A stretch of DNA of 60,564 nucleotides, taken from positions 1-60,564 of the forward strand of contig JBEKXF010000019.1 of assembly GCA_049512315.1 (NCBI GenBank). The letters are read 5' to 3'. Position numbers and translations under genes: made by a program. This stretch comes from Candidatus Aminicenantales bacterium. GTDB lineage: Bacteria > Acidobacteriota > Aminicenantia > Aminicenantales > Saccharicenantaceae. Under the pieces are notes generated by a model. It was given only the letters and a program-made list of their open reading frames with translations. It was not told where the DNA came from and did no database searches. This document shows positions 52,275-60,564 of this stretch, in pieces. The stretch's first letter is position 1. Each line of letters begins with the position of its first letter.

Positions 52275-52303
52275 TTGCATTTCCGGGCGGCGTGTGGTAA
52301 TTT
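52275..52303 (+). promoter_or_regulatory. Sigma70-type promoter, likely leaderless transcript
   Basis: TTGCAT-N17-TAATTT with TGn extension, 8 nt before ATG 52312, no SD. Confidence 0.5.
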
Positions 52304-52311
52304 TTCCTCAA

Positions 52312-53715
52312 ATGATGATCCGATTCGGCACCTCCGGGTGGCGCGGCCTCATGGGTCAGGAGTTCACCTTCCACAACGTCAGGGTCGTCGTCCAGGCGGT
52401 GGCCAACTATCTCAAAGAGAAGTATGCCGGACGGCCGATCTCCCTGGCCGTCGGCTACGACACGCGCTTTCTATCGGAACGGTACGCCCTGGAAGCCGCC
52501 AAGCTCCTGTCGAAAAACATGATCACGGTCTATCTGGCCGAGCGCGACGCGCCGTCCCAGGCCCTGGCCCTCCAGGTCATCAAGCGGCAGTGCCAGGGGG
52601 CCATCAACTTCACGGCTTCCTTCAACGCGCCGTGGTACAACGGCCTCAAGTTCAACGTCGAGACCGGGGCCCCGGCCTTGCCCGAGGTGACGGACAGGAT
52701 CGAGGAGGAGGTCCGGAGGCTGATGCCCCGTTTCTCCCACGTCGCGTATTATTCCCCCAAGGAGAACATCACCCGGATCGACCTCCAGGCCGATTATCTG
52801 GGGTTCATCCAGGACAAGATCGACTTCGCGGCCATGCGGGCCGCGGGGCTGCGGGTGGGGGTCGACCTCCTCTATGGCACGAGCCGCGAATACCTGGACG
52901 AGGTTCTGGAGGAAAACGGAGTCTCCGTGGAGGGCATCCACGGCTACATCGACCCCTATTTCGGGGGGGTCATCCCATCCTGCACGGAAGACAACCTGGT
53001 CGAGCTCAAGTCCCTCGTCCTCGAGAAGGAATGCGGCCTCGGGATCGCGACGGACGCCGACGGGGACCGGTTCGGGATCATCGACGAAGAAGGGGCCTTC
53101 ATCCACCAGAACTTCATCCTGGCGATGCTCCTGGATTACCTCGTCAGGGTCAAGGGGTGGAGGGGAGGCGTCGCCAGGTCCATCACCACGACGACCCTCC
53201 TCGACCGCATCGCCGCGAAATACGGCCTGCCCCTTTATCAGACCAAGGTCGGATTCAAGTATATGGCCGACCTCTTCCTCAAGGGGCGCATCATCTTCGG
53301 AGGAGAGGAGAGCGCCTGCATCGCCGTCAAGGAGCATCTCCCCGAGAAGGACGGGATCTTTGCCGGCCTCCTCGTGGCCGAGATGGTCGCGGCCACGGGG
53401 AAGAGCCTGAGGAGCCTGCGGGACGGCTTGTTCGAGGAATACGGAACCACCGCCGGGGGCCAACGCACCATTCCCCTGACCCCCGAAAGGGCCAAGAAAC
53501 TGAAGGCCCTCGTCGAGAATCCTCCGGCCCGGGTCGGCCGGCGCAAGGTGGTCCGCGTCGAGACGATTGATGGCCTCAAGCTGGAGCTCGAGGGGGGCGA
53601 CTGGTTCCTGCTCCGGTTGTCGGGCACGGAGCCCGTGATCCGCTGTTACGCCGAGGCCGCCACCAAGAAGGGCGTCGACGGACTTCTCCGGAAGGGGATG
53701 GAGGCGGTCCGGTGA
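52312..53715 (+). CDS. Phosphoglucomutase/phosphomannomutase family protein (variant active site)
   Basis: FGTSGWRG, GYDTRF, TASFNA..YNGLK, DADGDR, GGEES, RLSGTEP. Confidence 0.9.
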   Translation: MMIRFGTSGWRGLMGQEFTFHNVRVVVQAVANYLKEKYAGRPISLAVGYDTRFLSERYALEAAKLLSKNMITVYLAERDAPSQALALQVIKRQCQGAINFTASFNAPWYNGLKFNVETGAPALPEVTDRIEEEVRRLMPRFSHVAYYSPKENITRIDLQADYLGFIQDKIDFAAMRAAGLRVGVDLLYGTSREYLDEVLEENGVSVEGIHGYIDPYFGGVIPSCTEDNLVELKSLVLEKECGLGIATDADGDRFGIIDEEGAFIHQNFILAMLLDYLVRVKGWRGGVARSITTTTLLDRIAAKYGLPLYQTKVGFKYMADLFLKGRIIFGGEESACIAVKEHLPEKDGIFAGLLVAEMVAATGKSLRSLRDGLFEEYGTTAGGQRTIPLTPERAKKLKALVENPPARVGRRKVVRVETIDGLKLELEGGDWFLLRLSGTEPVIRCYAEAATKKGVDGLLRKGMEAVR

Positions 53716-54032
53716 ATGGGGAGTCGCGTCCGTCGAATCCGGCCTTCCGCAAGAAAGTCTTCATCCTCGGAATCGCCTGCCTTTTCCTGGTCATGGTCGT
53801 GACCTCGGTCTTCGGGAAAAAGGGGGTCATGGACATCCACCGCGCCCGGCTGAAGCTCGCCGACCTCGGCGGCGAGGTCCTGCGGCTCGAGCGGGAGAAA
53901 TCCAGGCTCGAGGCGGAGATCCGCGAGCTCGAGCGAAACCCGAAGGCCGTCGAAAAAGAGGCCCGCGACAAGCTGTGGCTGATCAAGCCCGGCGAGAAGG
54001 TCATCGTCGTGCCTAAGGACCAGAAAAAGTAG
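53712..54032 (+). CDS. ftsB: Septum formation initiator (FtsB/DivIC)
   Basis: TM, FGKKG, coiled coil, EKEARDKLWLIKPGE. Confidence 0.8.
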   Translation: MNGESRPSNPAFRKKVFILGIACLFLVMVVTSVFGKKGVMDIHRARLKLADLGGEVLRLEREKSRLEAEIRELERNPKAVEKEARDKLWLIKPGEKVIVVPKDQKK

Positions 54033-54054
54033 GCCCGGCCGCCGTCCGCGTCGC

Positions 54055-56985
54055 ATGCCCCGATCCCGCGCGAGTCAACGATATCCGGAGGAGAAGGACC
54101 TCCTCCAGCCCCTCAACCCCGCCCAGAGGCGGGCCGTCGTCCACGGAACCGGACCCCTCTTGATCATCGCTGGAGCGGGGACGGGCAAGACCAAGGTCAT
54201 CACCCATCGGATCGCCCATCTCATCGCCTCGAAGCGGGCCCGGCCCGAGGAGATCCTGGCGGTCACATTTACGGAAAAGGCGGCGAGCGAGATGGAGGCC
54301 CGGGTGGACGTCCTGGTCCCCTACACCTACTCGTTCGTCGAGATCAGCACCTTCAACTCCTTCGGCGAAAAGGTCCTCCGGGACTACGCCCTCGACGTCG
54401 GCTGCCCGCCGGACTTCAAGCTCCTCGACGACGTCGAGCAGGCCATTTTTTTCCGCGAAAACCTATTCCGCTTTTCTCTGGAATACTACAGGCCCCTGAG
54501 CTATCCGACCCGGCACATCCAGGAGCTCCTGGACGCCATCAGCCGGCTGAAACAGGAGGACGTCCGTCCCGAGGATTACGAGCGCTACGCCCGCGGGCTC
54601 ATGGAGCACGCGGCCGGGGAAGGGGAGAAGGAGACGGCCCGGAAGCACCAGGAAGTCGCCCGCGTCTTCGGCGAATACCAGGCCCTCCTGCGCAAGGAAG
54701 GGCTGATCGATTTCGAAGACCAGGTGACGCTCGTCGTCGACCTCTTCCGGTCCCGGGCCTCCGTCCTCGAGGAGTTCCGGAAGAAGTACAAATACATCCT
54801 CGTTGACGAATTCCAGGACACGAACTATATCCAGTTCGAGCTCCTCAAGATGCTGGCCGCCGGACACCGCAACCTGACCGTCGTCGGCGACGACGACCAG
54901 AGCATCTTCCGGTTCCGGGGGGCGTCCCTCAGCAACATCCTCGGCTTCGAGGAAATCTACCCCGAGGCCAAGAGGGTCGTGCTGACCAGGAACTACCGGT
55001 CGACCCAGTCCATCCTGGACGCCTCCTACCAGCTGATCCAGCACAATAACCCCGGCCGGCTCGAAGCCAAGGACAAGGTGGACAAGCGCCTGAGAGCCGC
55101 CACTCCCGGCTCCGGGAAAAGCATCTTCATGCTCCAGTTCGACACCCTTGCCCACGAAGCCGACCGGGTCGCCGACCTGATCCTGGAAAAGCACGGCGAA
55201 GGCCGTCCGTGGAGCGACATCGCCGTCCTCGTCCGGCGGAACGGCGACGCCGATCCCTACCTTCGGGCCTTCAACATGAAACAGGTCCCGTTCCGATTTT
55301 CGGGGAGCCGGGGACTCTATCAGCAGGAGGAGATCAAGATCCTGACCGCCTTCATCAAGTCCCTGACGGACTTCGAGAGCAGCCGCGACCTCTTCTATCT
55401 GGCCCTCTCTGATGTCTACCGGGCGAATTCGTATGACATGACGCGGATCGCCGGCTACGCCCAGAAGACGAACCTCTCCCTCCACCAGGTGTTCAAGCTC
55501 ATCGCCGAGGGCTCCGGGCCCGTGGAGGTCTCCGCGGAGACCGAAGAGACCGTCAAGAGGATCTTCTCCGACCTCCTTTTCTTCGTCGAGCTCGCGAGCT
55601 CCAAGAACGCGGGGGCCGTCGTCTACGCCTTCCTCGAAAAAAGCGGCTGCCTCAAGTCCCTGGTCGAAAAGATGTCCGTCGAATCCGAGGTCAAGATCAA
55701 GAATATCCGGCTCTTTTTTGACAAGATCAAGGGGTTCTCCGACCTCTCCGACAACGACTCCATCCATTCGTTCGCCCGCTATCTCGACCTCCTCCGCGAT
55801 GTCGGCGACAACCCGGCCACCTCGGAAGCCGACCTCGACGAGGACGCCGTCAACGTCCTGACCGTCCACAAGGCCAAGGGGCTCGAGTTCGGGAGCGTGT
55901 TCCTGGTCGGCCTTATCGAGGACCGCTTCCCCGGCCGCGAGCAGCGAGAGAAGATCCCGGTCCCCGACGCGATCCTCAAGGAGGCCCTGCCGGGAAAGGA
56001 GAATTACCTGCAGGAGGAACGGCGGCTCTTCTACGTGGCGATGACGCGGGCCAAATCATCCCTTTCTATGACCTGGGCCCGGGATTACGGCCTCAAGCGG
56101 CTGAAGAAGGTCAGCCCGTTCGTCCTCGAGGCCCTCGACATCCCCAAGATTCCCGACGAGGTCCTCCGGGCCTCGGCCGTCGAGGAGATCTGCCGCTACG
56201 CCCTGGCCGACGAGCGGCCGCGGGCCGCCGCCCGGGCCCGCCCGCCCGCGGTCCTCTCGCTGAGCCACGTTCAGGTCGAGGACTATCTGGTCTGTCCGCT
56301 CAAGCACAGGTTCCGCCACGTGATGCGGGTCCCGGTCATGCCCCACCACACGCTCGTCTTCGGCCGCGTCCTCCATTCGACGATCCACTTTTATCTCCGG
56401 AATAGGATGAGAGGGAAGGCCGTCAGCGAAGACGAATTTCTGAAGGAATATGCGAAGAACTGGGTCAACGAGGGGTTCCTCAGCCGTGAGCACGAGGAGC
56501 TGAGAAAGGCGGCCGGCGAGCGGGCCCTCCGTCTCTTTTATCGACGGGAAGAGGAGTCGGGGCGCGTGCCGGCGTTCCTCGAAAAGACGTTCCGCTGGCA
56601 GGAGGCCGGGGTCCGGTTCTCGGGCCGCTTCGACCGGGTGGATTTCGAGGAGGACGGGCCCGTCATCATCGATTTCAAGTCGAGCGAGGCGTCGTCCCAG
56701 AAGGAAGCCGACCGGCGGACGGCCGACAGCCTGCAGATGGATATCTACGCCCTCTCGTTCCTAAAGACGCAAGGGCTGCTGCCCGCGGAGACGAGGCTCT
56801 ATTTCCTCGAGTCCGGCCTCATTGGGCACGCCTGCAAGGGCGAAAGGGAATTCCGGCGCGCCGCCGAGAAGATCCGCCAGGCCGCTGACGGCATCCGATC
56901 CGGGAATTTCGAGGCCAACCCCGACTGGCACACCTGCAATTTTTGCGAGTTCAAGACCATCTGCCCGTCATCCTACGCGTACTAG
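54055..56985 (+). CDS. UvrD/PcrA-family helicase fused to a C-terminal PD-(D/E)XK nuclease with 4 Cys
   Basis: AGAGTGKT, DEFQD, VGDDDQSI, HKAKGLEF, EERRLFYVAMTRA; CP...GRFDRVD..IIDFK..Q..IY..CNFCEFKTIC. Confidence 0.9.
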   Translation: MPRSRASQRYPEEKDLLQPLNPAQRRAVVHGTGPLLIIAGAGTGKTKVITHRIAHLIASKRARPEEILAVTFTEKAASEMEARVDVLVPYTYSFVEISTFNSFGEKVLRDYALDVGCPPDFKLLDDVEQAIFFRENLFRFSLEYYRPLSYPTRHIQELLDAISRLKQEDVRPEDYERYARGLMEHAAGEGEKETARKHQEVARVFGEYQALLRKEGLIDFEDQVTLVVDLFRSRASVLEEFRKKYKYILVDEFQDTNYIQFELLKMLAAGHRNLTVVGDDDQSIFRFRGASLSNILGFEEIYPEAKRVVLTRNYRSTQSILDASYQLIQHNNPGRLEAKDKVDKRLRAATPGSGKSIFMLQFDTLAHEADRVADLILEKHGEGRPWSDIAVLVRRNGDADPYLRAFNMKQVPFRFSGSRGLYQQEEIKILTAFIKSLTDFESSRDLFYLALSDVYRANSYDMTRIAGYAQKTNLSLHQVFKLIAEGSGPVEVSAETEETVKRIFSDLLFFVELASSKNAGAVVYAFLEKSGCLKSLVEKMSVESEVKIKNIRLFFDKIKGFSDLSDNDSIHSFARYLDLLRDVGDNPATSEADLDEDAVNVLTVHKAKGLEFGSVFLVGLIEDRFPGREQREKIPVPDAILKEALPGKENYLQEERRLFYVAMTRAKSSLSMTWARDYGLKRLKKVSPFVLEALDIPKIPDEVLRASAVEEICRYALADERPRAAARARPPAVLSLSHVQVEDYLVCPLKHRFRHVMRVPVMPHHTLVFGRVLHSTIHFYLRNRMRGKAVSEDEFLKEYAKNWVNEGFLSREHEELRKAAGERALRLFYRREEESGRVPAFLEKTFRWQEAGVRFSGRFDRVDFEEDGPVIIDFKSSEASSQKEADRRTADSLQMDIYALSFLKTQGLLPAETRLYFLESGLIGHACKGEREFRRAAEKIRQAADGIRSGNFEANPDWHTCNFCEFKTICPSSYAY

Positions 56986-58703
56986 TTCGGTGTGACCCAG
57001 AATGGCATGACGGCCCAGATCCTGGTTTTCTCCATCAGCCGGACCGTCTGGAGGGCCTTCTCCAGGCCGGCCGCCGACTTCAGGTTGATCCCGAGGTCCG
57101 GGACCCCGAAGAACGACTGCCAGAACGATAGCCTCTTCGGCCAGACGACGAGCTTAACCTCTTCCTCCGTGGCGATCCCGGCCAGCTTCTTGGCCAAGCC
57201 GACGGCGGTCGAGAGCCCGCCGAGCTCGTCCACGAGCTTCAGGTCCTTGGCCTGCCGGCCGGTCCAGACGCGGCCCCGCCCGACCTTGTCGACCTCGGCC
57301 TTTGTCATGCTCCGGCCATCCGCGACCTTGGTCAGGAACTGGTCGTAGGTCCAGAGGATCTGGTCCTTGAGGACCTTCCTCTCCTCCGGAGTGAACGGCC
57401 GGAAGGGGGAGAAAACGTCCGCCTTCTTGCCGAAGGTCAGCTTCTCGGCCGTGATGCCCAGCTTGTCCAGGAGCCCGGCCACGCTGAACTTGCCGGCCAG
57501 GACCCCGATCGACCCGGTGAGAGTCTGCGGCTCCGCGACGATCCTGGTTGCGGCCATGGAGATCCAGTAGCCTCCCGACCCGGCCACGTCGGACATGGAA
57601 ACGACGACGGGCTTCGCCTTCTTCGCCAGGAAAACCTCGCGCCAGACGACGTCCGACCCTACCGACGACCCTCCGGGGCTGTCGACCCGCAGGACGATGG
57701 CCGCGATCGACCTGTCCTCGCGGGCGGCCCGGATCCAGCGGGCCACCGTCGAGCCGCCCATGATCCGGGGGAGGCTTTCTCCCGTCATGATCGTCCCCAC
57801 CGCGTAGACGAGGGCCACCTTCCGTCCGGTCTCGAGGCCGACGGAGGCCGGGGTCACCCGCGTGTAGTCTTCGAACCGGACCCGGGCCAGGCCCGGCCCC
57901 CGGTCCCGGAGGAGGACCTGGAGTTCGTCCTCGAAAAGGCAGGCGTCGACGAGGCCGGCCTTGAGGGCCTGCTCACCCTGGAAAAATCCCCGGTCGATGA
58001 GGGCCCGGACCTCATCCTCCGTTTTGCTCCGGGCCTTGGCCACGGTCTTCACATACTGGGCGAAAATGTCCGCATACAGGGACTCCATCTCCTCCCTGTG
58101 GGCGGGGGTGAAGCCCTTTTCGGTGAAGGTGTTGTAGGCGGTCTTGTATTCCTCGACATGCTCGAATTCGGCCCGGACGCCCAGTTTGTCCAGGGCGTTC
58201 TTGAAGAAGGGCACGTATCCGCCGATCCCGTTGACCCCCAGCCAGCCCAAAGGGTGGAGGACGATCTTGTCGCAGGCTGTGGCGATGTAGTACTCCATGT
58301 CGAAATCGGGGGCCTCTTCGATATAAGCGTAAGCCTTTTTCCCCGACCGCCGGAACTGGAGGACGGCGTCCCGCATCTCGGTCGCCTTGGCCCAGTCGCA
58401 CTGGAGGAGGTCGAGGCGCAGGAGGACGGCCTGGACCCGGCTGTCCGCCGCCGCCTTCCGCAGGTTCATCCAGAGATCGTAGATCGTGAGGGGCTTCGCC
58501 CGGAGGAGGATCGCCGAAAGAAAATCCGGGGGGGCGAGCTCTTCGACGGACCCGGACAGGCCGACTTCAAGGTACGCGTGGGCGGGGACGTCCACCGAAG
58601 TCTGGCCGAACTCGCCCACGAGAAAGAACAGGAAGCCGGCCACGGCGAGGAGGAAGAAGAAAAGGAAAATGATCAGGACATAGGTTCCTTTTTTCATGCT
58701 CAT
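56982..58703 (-). CDS. sppA: Signal peptide peptidase SppA (67K type)
   Basis: N-terminal TM, EEYKTA, RVDSPGG, AGSGGYWI, TGSIGV, GRVWTG; SD GGAGG before ATG 58703. Confidence 0.93.
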   Translation of the reverse strand: MSMKKGTYVLIIFLFFFLLAVAGFLFFLVGEFGQTSVDVPAHAYLEVGLSGSVEELAPPDFLSAILLRAKPLTIYDLWMNLRKAAADSRVQAVLLRLDLLQCDWAKATEMRDAVLQFRRSGKKAYAYIEEAPDFDMEYYIATACDKIVLHPLGWLGVNGIGGYVPFFKNALDKLGVRAEFEHVEEYKTAYNTFTEKGFTPAHREEMESLYADIFAQYVKTVAKARSKTEDEVRALIDRGFFQGEQALKAGLVDACLFEDELQVLLRDRGPGLARVRFEDYTRVTPASVGLETGRKVALVYAVGTIMTGESLPRIMGGSTVARWIRAAREDRSIAAIVLRVDSPGGSSVGSDVVWREVFLAKKAKPVVVSMSDVAGSGGYWISMAATRIVAEPQTLTGSIGVLAGKFSVAGLLDKLGITAEKLTFGKKADVFSPFRPFTPEERKVLKDQILWTYDQFLTKVADGRSMTKAEVDKVGRGRVWTGRQAKDLKLVDELGGLSTAVGLAKKLAGIATEEEVKLVVWPKRLSFWQSFFGVPDLGINLKSAAGLEKALQTVRLMEKTRIWAVMPFWVTPN

Positions 58704-58911
58704 GTCGACTCCTCCCGGCCCGCCGGGAAAGCGGGCCCCGTTCCGGACCTCATCAATATACCAGAATGCTTCGGGGTGCGGAAGGACGGATTTTCCGCCC
58801 CGGGGCTTGATTTGTCTCTCCGAATTATGGAAAATGAGTTCTCCTCTCATCACGTCCGATCGCCGGTCGCGCGGGCTTGACAGTGGTGAGAGAGAGAGGA
58901 GGTAATTTTTA

Positions 58912-59208
58912 ATGTCTTTTCAAAAGCTTTATGTGGGTAACCTCAACTACAAGACCACGGACGAGACGCTGAAAGGCCTGTTCGCCCAGTTCGGCGAGGT
59001 TACCTCGGTCAACATCCTCCAGGGCCGCGGCTTCGGGTTCGTCGAGATGGCCACCCCGGAAGCAGCCGAGGAGGCCAAGGGGAAGCTGAACGGCACCGAC
59101 TTCGACGGCCGGAAGCTCATTGTCAACGAGGCCCGCCCCCGCGCCGAGAGACCCGGGACCGAAAGACGCCCCGGCGGCGGAGAGAGAAAAGGATTTTCGA
59201 GATTCTGA
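58912..59208 (+). CDS. RRM-domain RNA-binding protein
   Basis: RNP2 LYVGNL, RNP1 RGFGFVEM, VNEARPR, G/R-rich tail; strong SD. Confidence 0.95.
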   Translation: MSFQKLYVGNLNYKTTDETLKGLFAQFGEVTSVNILQGRGFGFVEMATPEAAEEAKGKLNGTDFDGRKLIVNEARPRAERPGTERRPGGGERKGFSRF

Positions 59209-59331
59209 TCCCATAGATCGGTTTTCCTTTCTGACCTCTGACCCATCCCCCTGAGGGAGCCCCCGGCGGGCTTCCCTGCCGATCGGGGTTGGCGCCCTAT
59301 TTTGCTCCCATAAAATGATTCGCCATCAGGG

Positions 59332-59357
59332 TGAACCTTTCGGCCAAACCCTTCGTA
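59332..59357 (+). promoter_or_regulatory. Candidate ECF-sigma autoregulatory promoter
   Basis: TGAAC-N17-CGTA directly upstream of the ECF gene. Confidence 0.45.
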
Positions 59358-59364
59358 GTAACCT

Positions 59365-60039
59365 GTGATGATCCCCCGAGAGGAGAAAAAACAGGTGTCG
59401 ACCCGGCCGGCCGGAGGGGACGGGCATGACTTCGACGCCCGAAAGCATTATGATCTCGATGGAATGGCCACCGCGATGGAACCGCCGGAAATCTCCCCAC
59501 TTCTCGAGCGCATCCGGGAAGGAGACCGGGAGGCTTTCATGACCGTGGTTAAGCTTTACCAGCAGAAAGTATTCGTCATGGCCTTCTCCATCCTCCGGAA
59601 CAAGGAGGACGCCCTTGACGCGGTCCAGGAAACCTTCCTCCGGCTCTTTCAGAAATCCGGGACCTATCGGCCCGGTCATAATTTCCAGGCTTGGCTCCTC
59701 CAGATCGCCAAGAACGTCAGCATCGATGACTACCGGAAGCACCACCAGAGGCGGCGGGAATTGGAGACCTCCCGGCCGCTCGATGAGATCCCCGTGGCCG
59801 TCGAGGACAGGTCCTCGGATTCCCGCGACTCGGATCTCCGGAGCGCGTTTTCCAGGTGCGTCGAGAAGCTGGCGGCCAAGCAGAAGATGGTCTTCGTCTT
59901 GAGGCACTACAACGAGCTCCAGTTCAACGAAATTTCGGCCGCCCTCCGGATCTCCGTCGGGACCGCCAAGTCGCTCCATTTCAAGGCCGTTCAAAACCTC
60001 AAGAAATGGCTGACTCCGATTTTGGGGATGGAACCATGA
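59365..60039 (+). CDS. ECF sigma factor (sigma70 family)
   Basis: GDREAF, DALDAVQETF, WLLQIAKN, region 4 EISAAL.ISVGTAKS; start may be 59464 or 59477. Confidence 0.93.
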   Translation: MMIPREEKKQVSTRPAGGDGHDFDARKHYDLDGMATAMEPPEISPLLERIREGDREAFMTVVKLYQQKVFVMAFSILRNKEDALDAVQETFLRLFQKSGTYRPGHNFQAWLLQIAKNVSIDDYRKHHQRRRELETSRPLDEIPVAVEDRSSDSRDSDLRSAFSRCVEKLAAKQKMVFVLRHYNELQFNEISAALRISVGTAKSLHFKAVQNLKKWLTPILGMEP

Positions 60040-60564
60040 ACGATTGCCCGATGAAAAACACGGACTGGCTGGCTTACCTCTCGGGAGACCTGGAGGAAGG
60101 AAGGAGAACGACCGTGGCCGAACATCTCAAGGAATGCCCGGACTGCCGGAAAGAGGTCAAAGAGCTCCGCCGCGTTTTCGAAGGCGCGGACGCCGTCAAG
60201 GGCGAGATCCGGGAAGCCCTCCGCTCGGTGGACTGGGAGTCGCTCCCCGGCCGGATCGCGGATTATGTTTACGCGGGGGCGGAAAAGCCGGATAAGATTT
60301 CCGTGAGCAAACGCTTCCGGATGTGGTTCCTCCAGCTCCGCCTGCGGCCGGCCCTGGCCGGTCTCGCCCTTGGCGTCGTCCTCGGCTCCCTCGGCATGTA
60401 TCTCGTCTTGAGACGGCCGGTCCCGGGACCGAACGGGGGCAAGAGCTACTACGCCTCCGGGGAATTCCTGGACAGGGCCGAGCTCGAAATGGCCCGGCGC
60501 GAAACCGTGGACTACCTCGAGCGAAGCCAGTACGTCCTGCTGGATTTCCTCGGGACGCCCTCGG
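60036..60564 (+). CDS. Zinc-binding (HxxxCxxC) transmembrane anti-sigma factor, 3'-truncated by window
   Basis: Manual translation MNDCPMK...EHLKECPDC...ALAGLALGVVLGSLGMYLVL; ATGA overlap with the sigma stop; absent from the ORF track. Confidence 0.88.
   Translation, partial: MNDCPMKNTDWLAYLSGDLEEGRRTTVAEHLKECPDCRKEVKELRRVFEGADAVKGEIREALRSVDWESLPGRIADYVYAGAEKPDKISVSKRFRMWFLQLRLRPALAGLALGVVLGSLGMYLVLRRPVPGPNGGKSYYASGEFLDRAELEMARRETVDYLERSQYVLLDFLGTPS

Noticed and set aside
56200..56985. Cas4 / CRISPR-associated nuclease
   Set aside because: The domain is fused to a UvrD helicase in a housekeeping context, with no array or other cas genes
59253..59278. Terminator after the RRM gene
   Set aside because: GC hairpin present but no U-tract follows

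Overview
High-GC (~65%) bacterial chromosomal segment of mostly core genes; the zinc-ribbon Ser/Thr kinase style and gene content suggest an Acidobacteriota/'Ca. Aminicenantes'-like anaerobe (inference only). The window opens inside the left end of a probable IS1202/ISNCY-type insertion sequence, whose terminus supplies the stop codon of the neighbouring gene. Next is a tightly coupled five-gene redox operon: NuoE/NuoF/NuoG-like (HydCBA/Bfu-like) subunits, whose large subunit has lost the Mo/W catalytic site, followed by NfnA and NfnB homologues. Then come sucCD, ackA, an AI-2E transporter, a kinase/LMW-phosphatase pair, a GH2 beta-galactosidase and a nucleotidyltransferase. A ~200-nt structured intergenic element precedes a 12-kb operon (hslVU, FN3 lipoprotein, FAH, transaldolase, TamB, multi-POTRA Omp85, SurA-like, fabD). 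The rest holds pgsA, mutS, clpB, tRNA-Phe, an Asd-like pseudoenzyme, yicC-gmk-coaBC-udg-priA (no rpoZ; helicase-degenerate PriA), coaD-pilMNOPQ, pcm, a phosphohexomutase, ftsB, a UvrD-nuclease fusion, sppA, an RRM protein and an ECF sigma/anti-sigma pair. The best candidates for something new are the Bfu-like + Nfn operon, the unassigned structured element at 18522-18724, and the catalytically degenerate enzymes. No CRISPR array, rRNA or prophage was seen. All calls are by-eye motif recognition without database searches.
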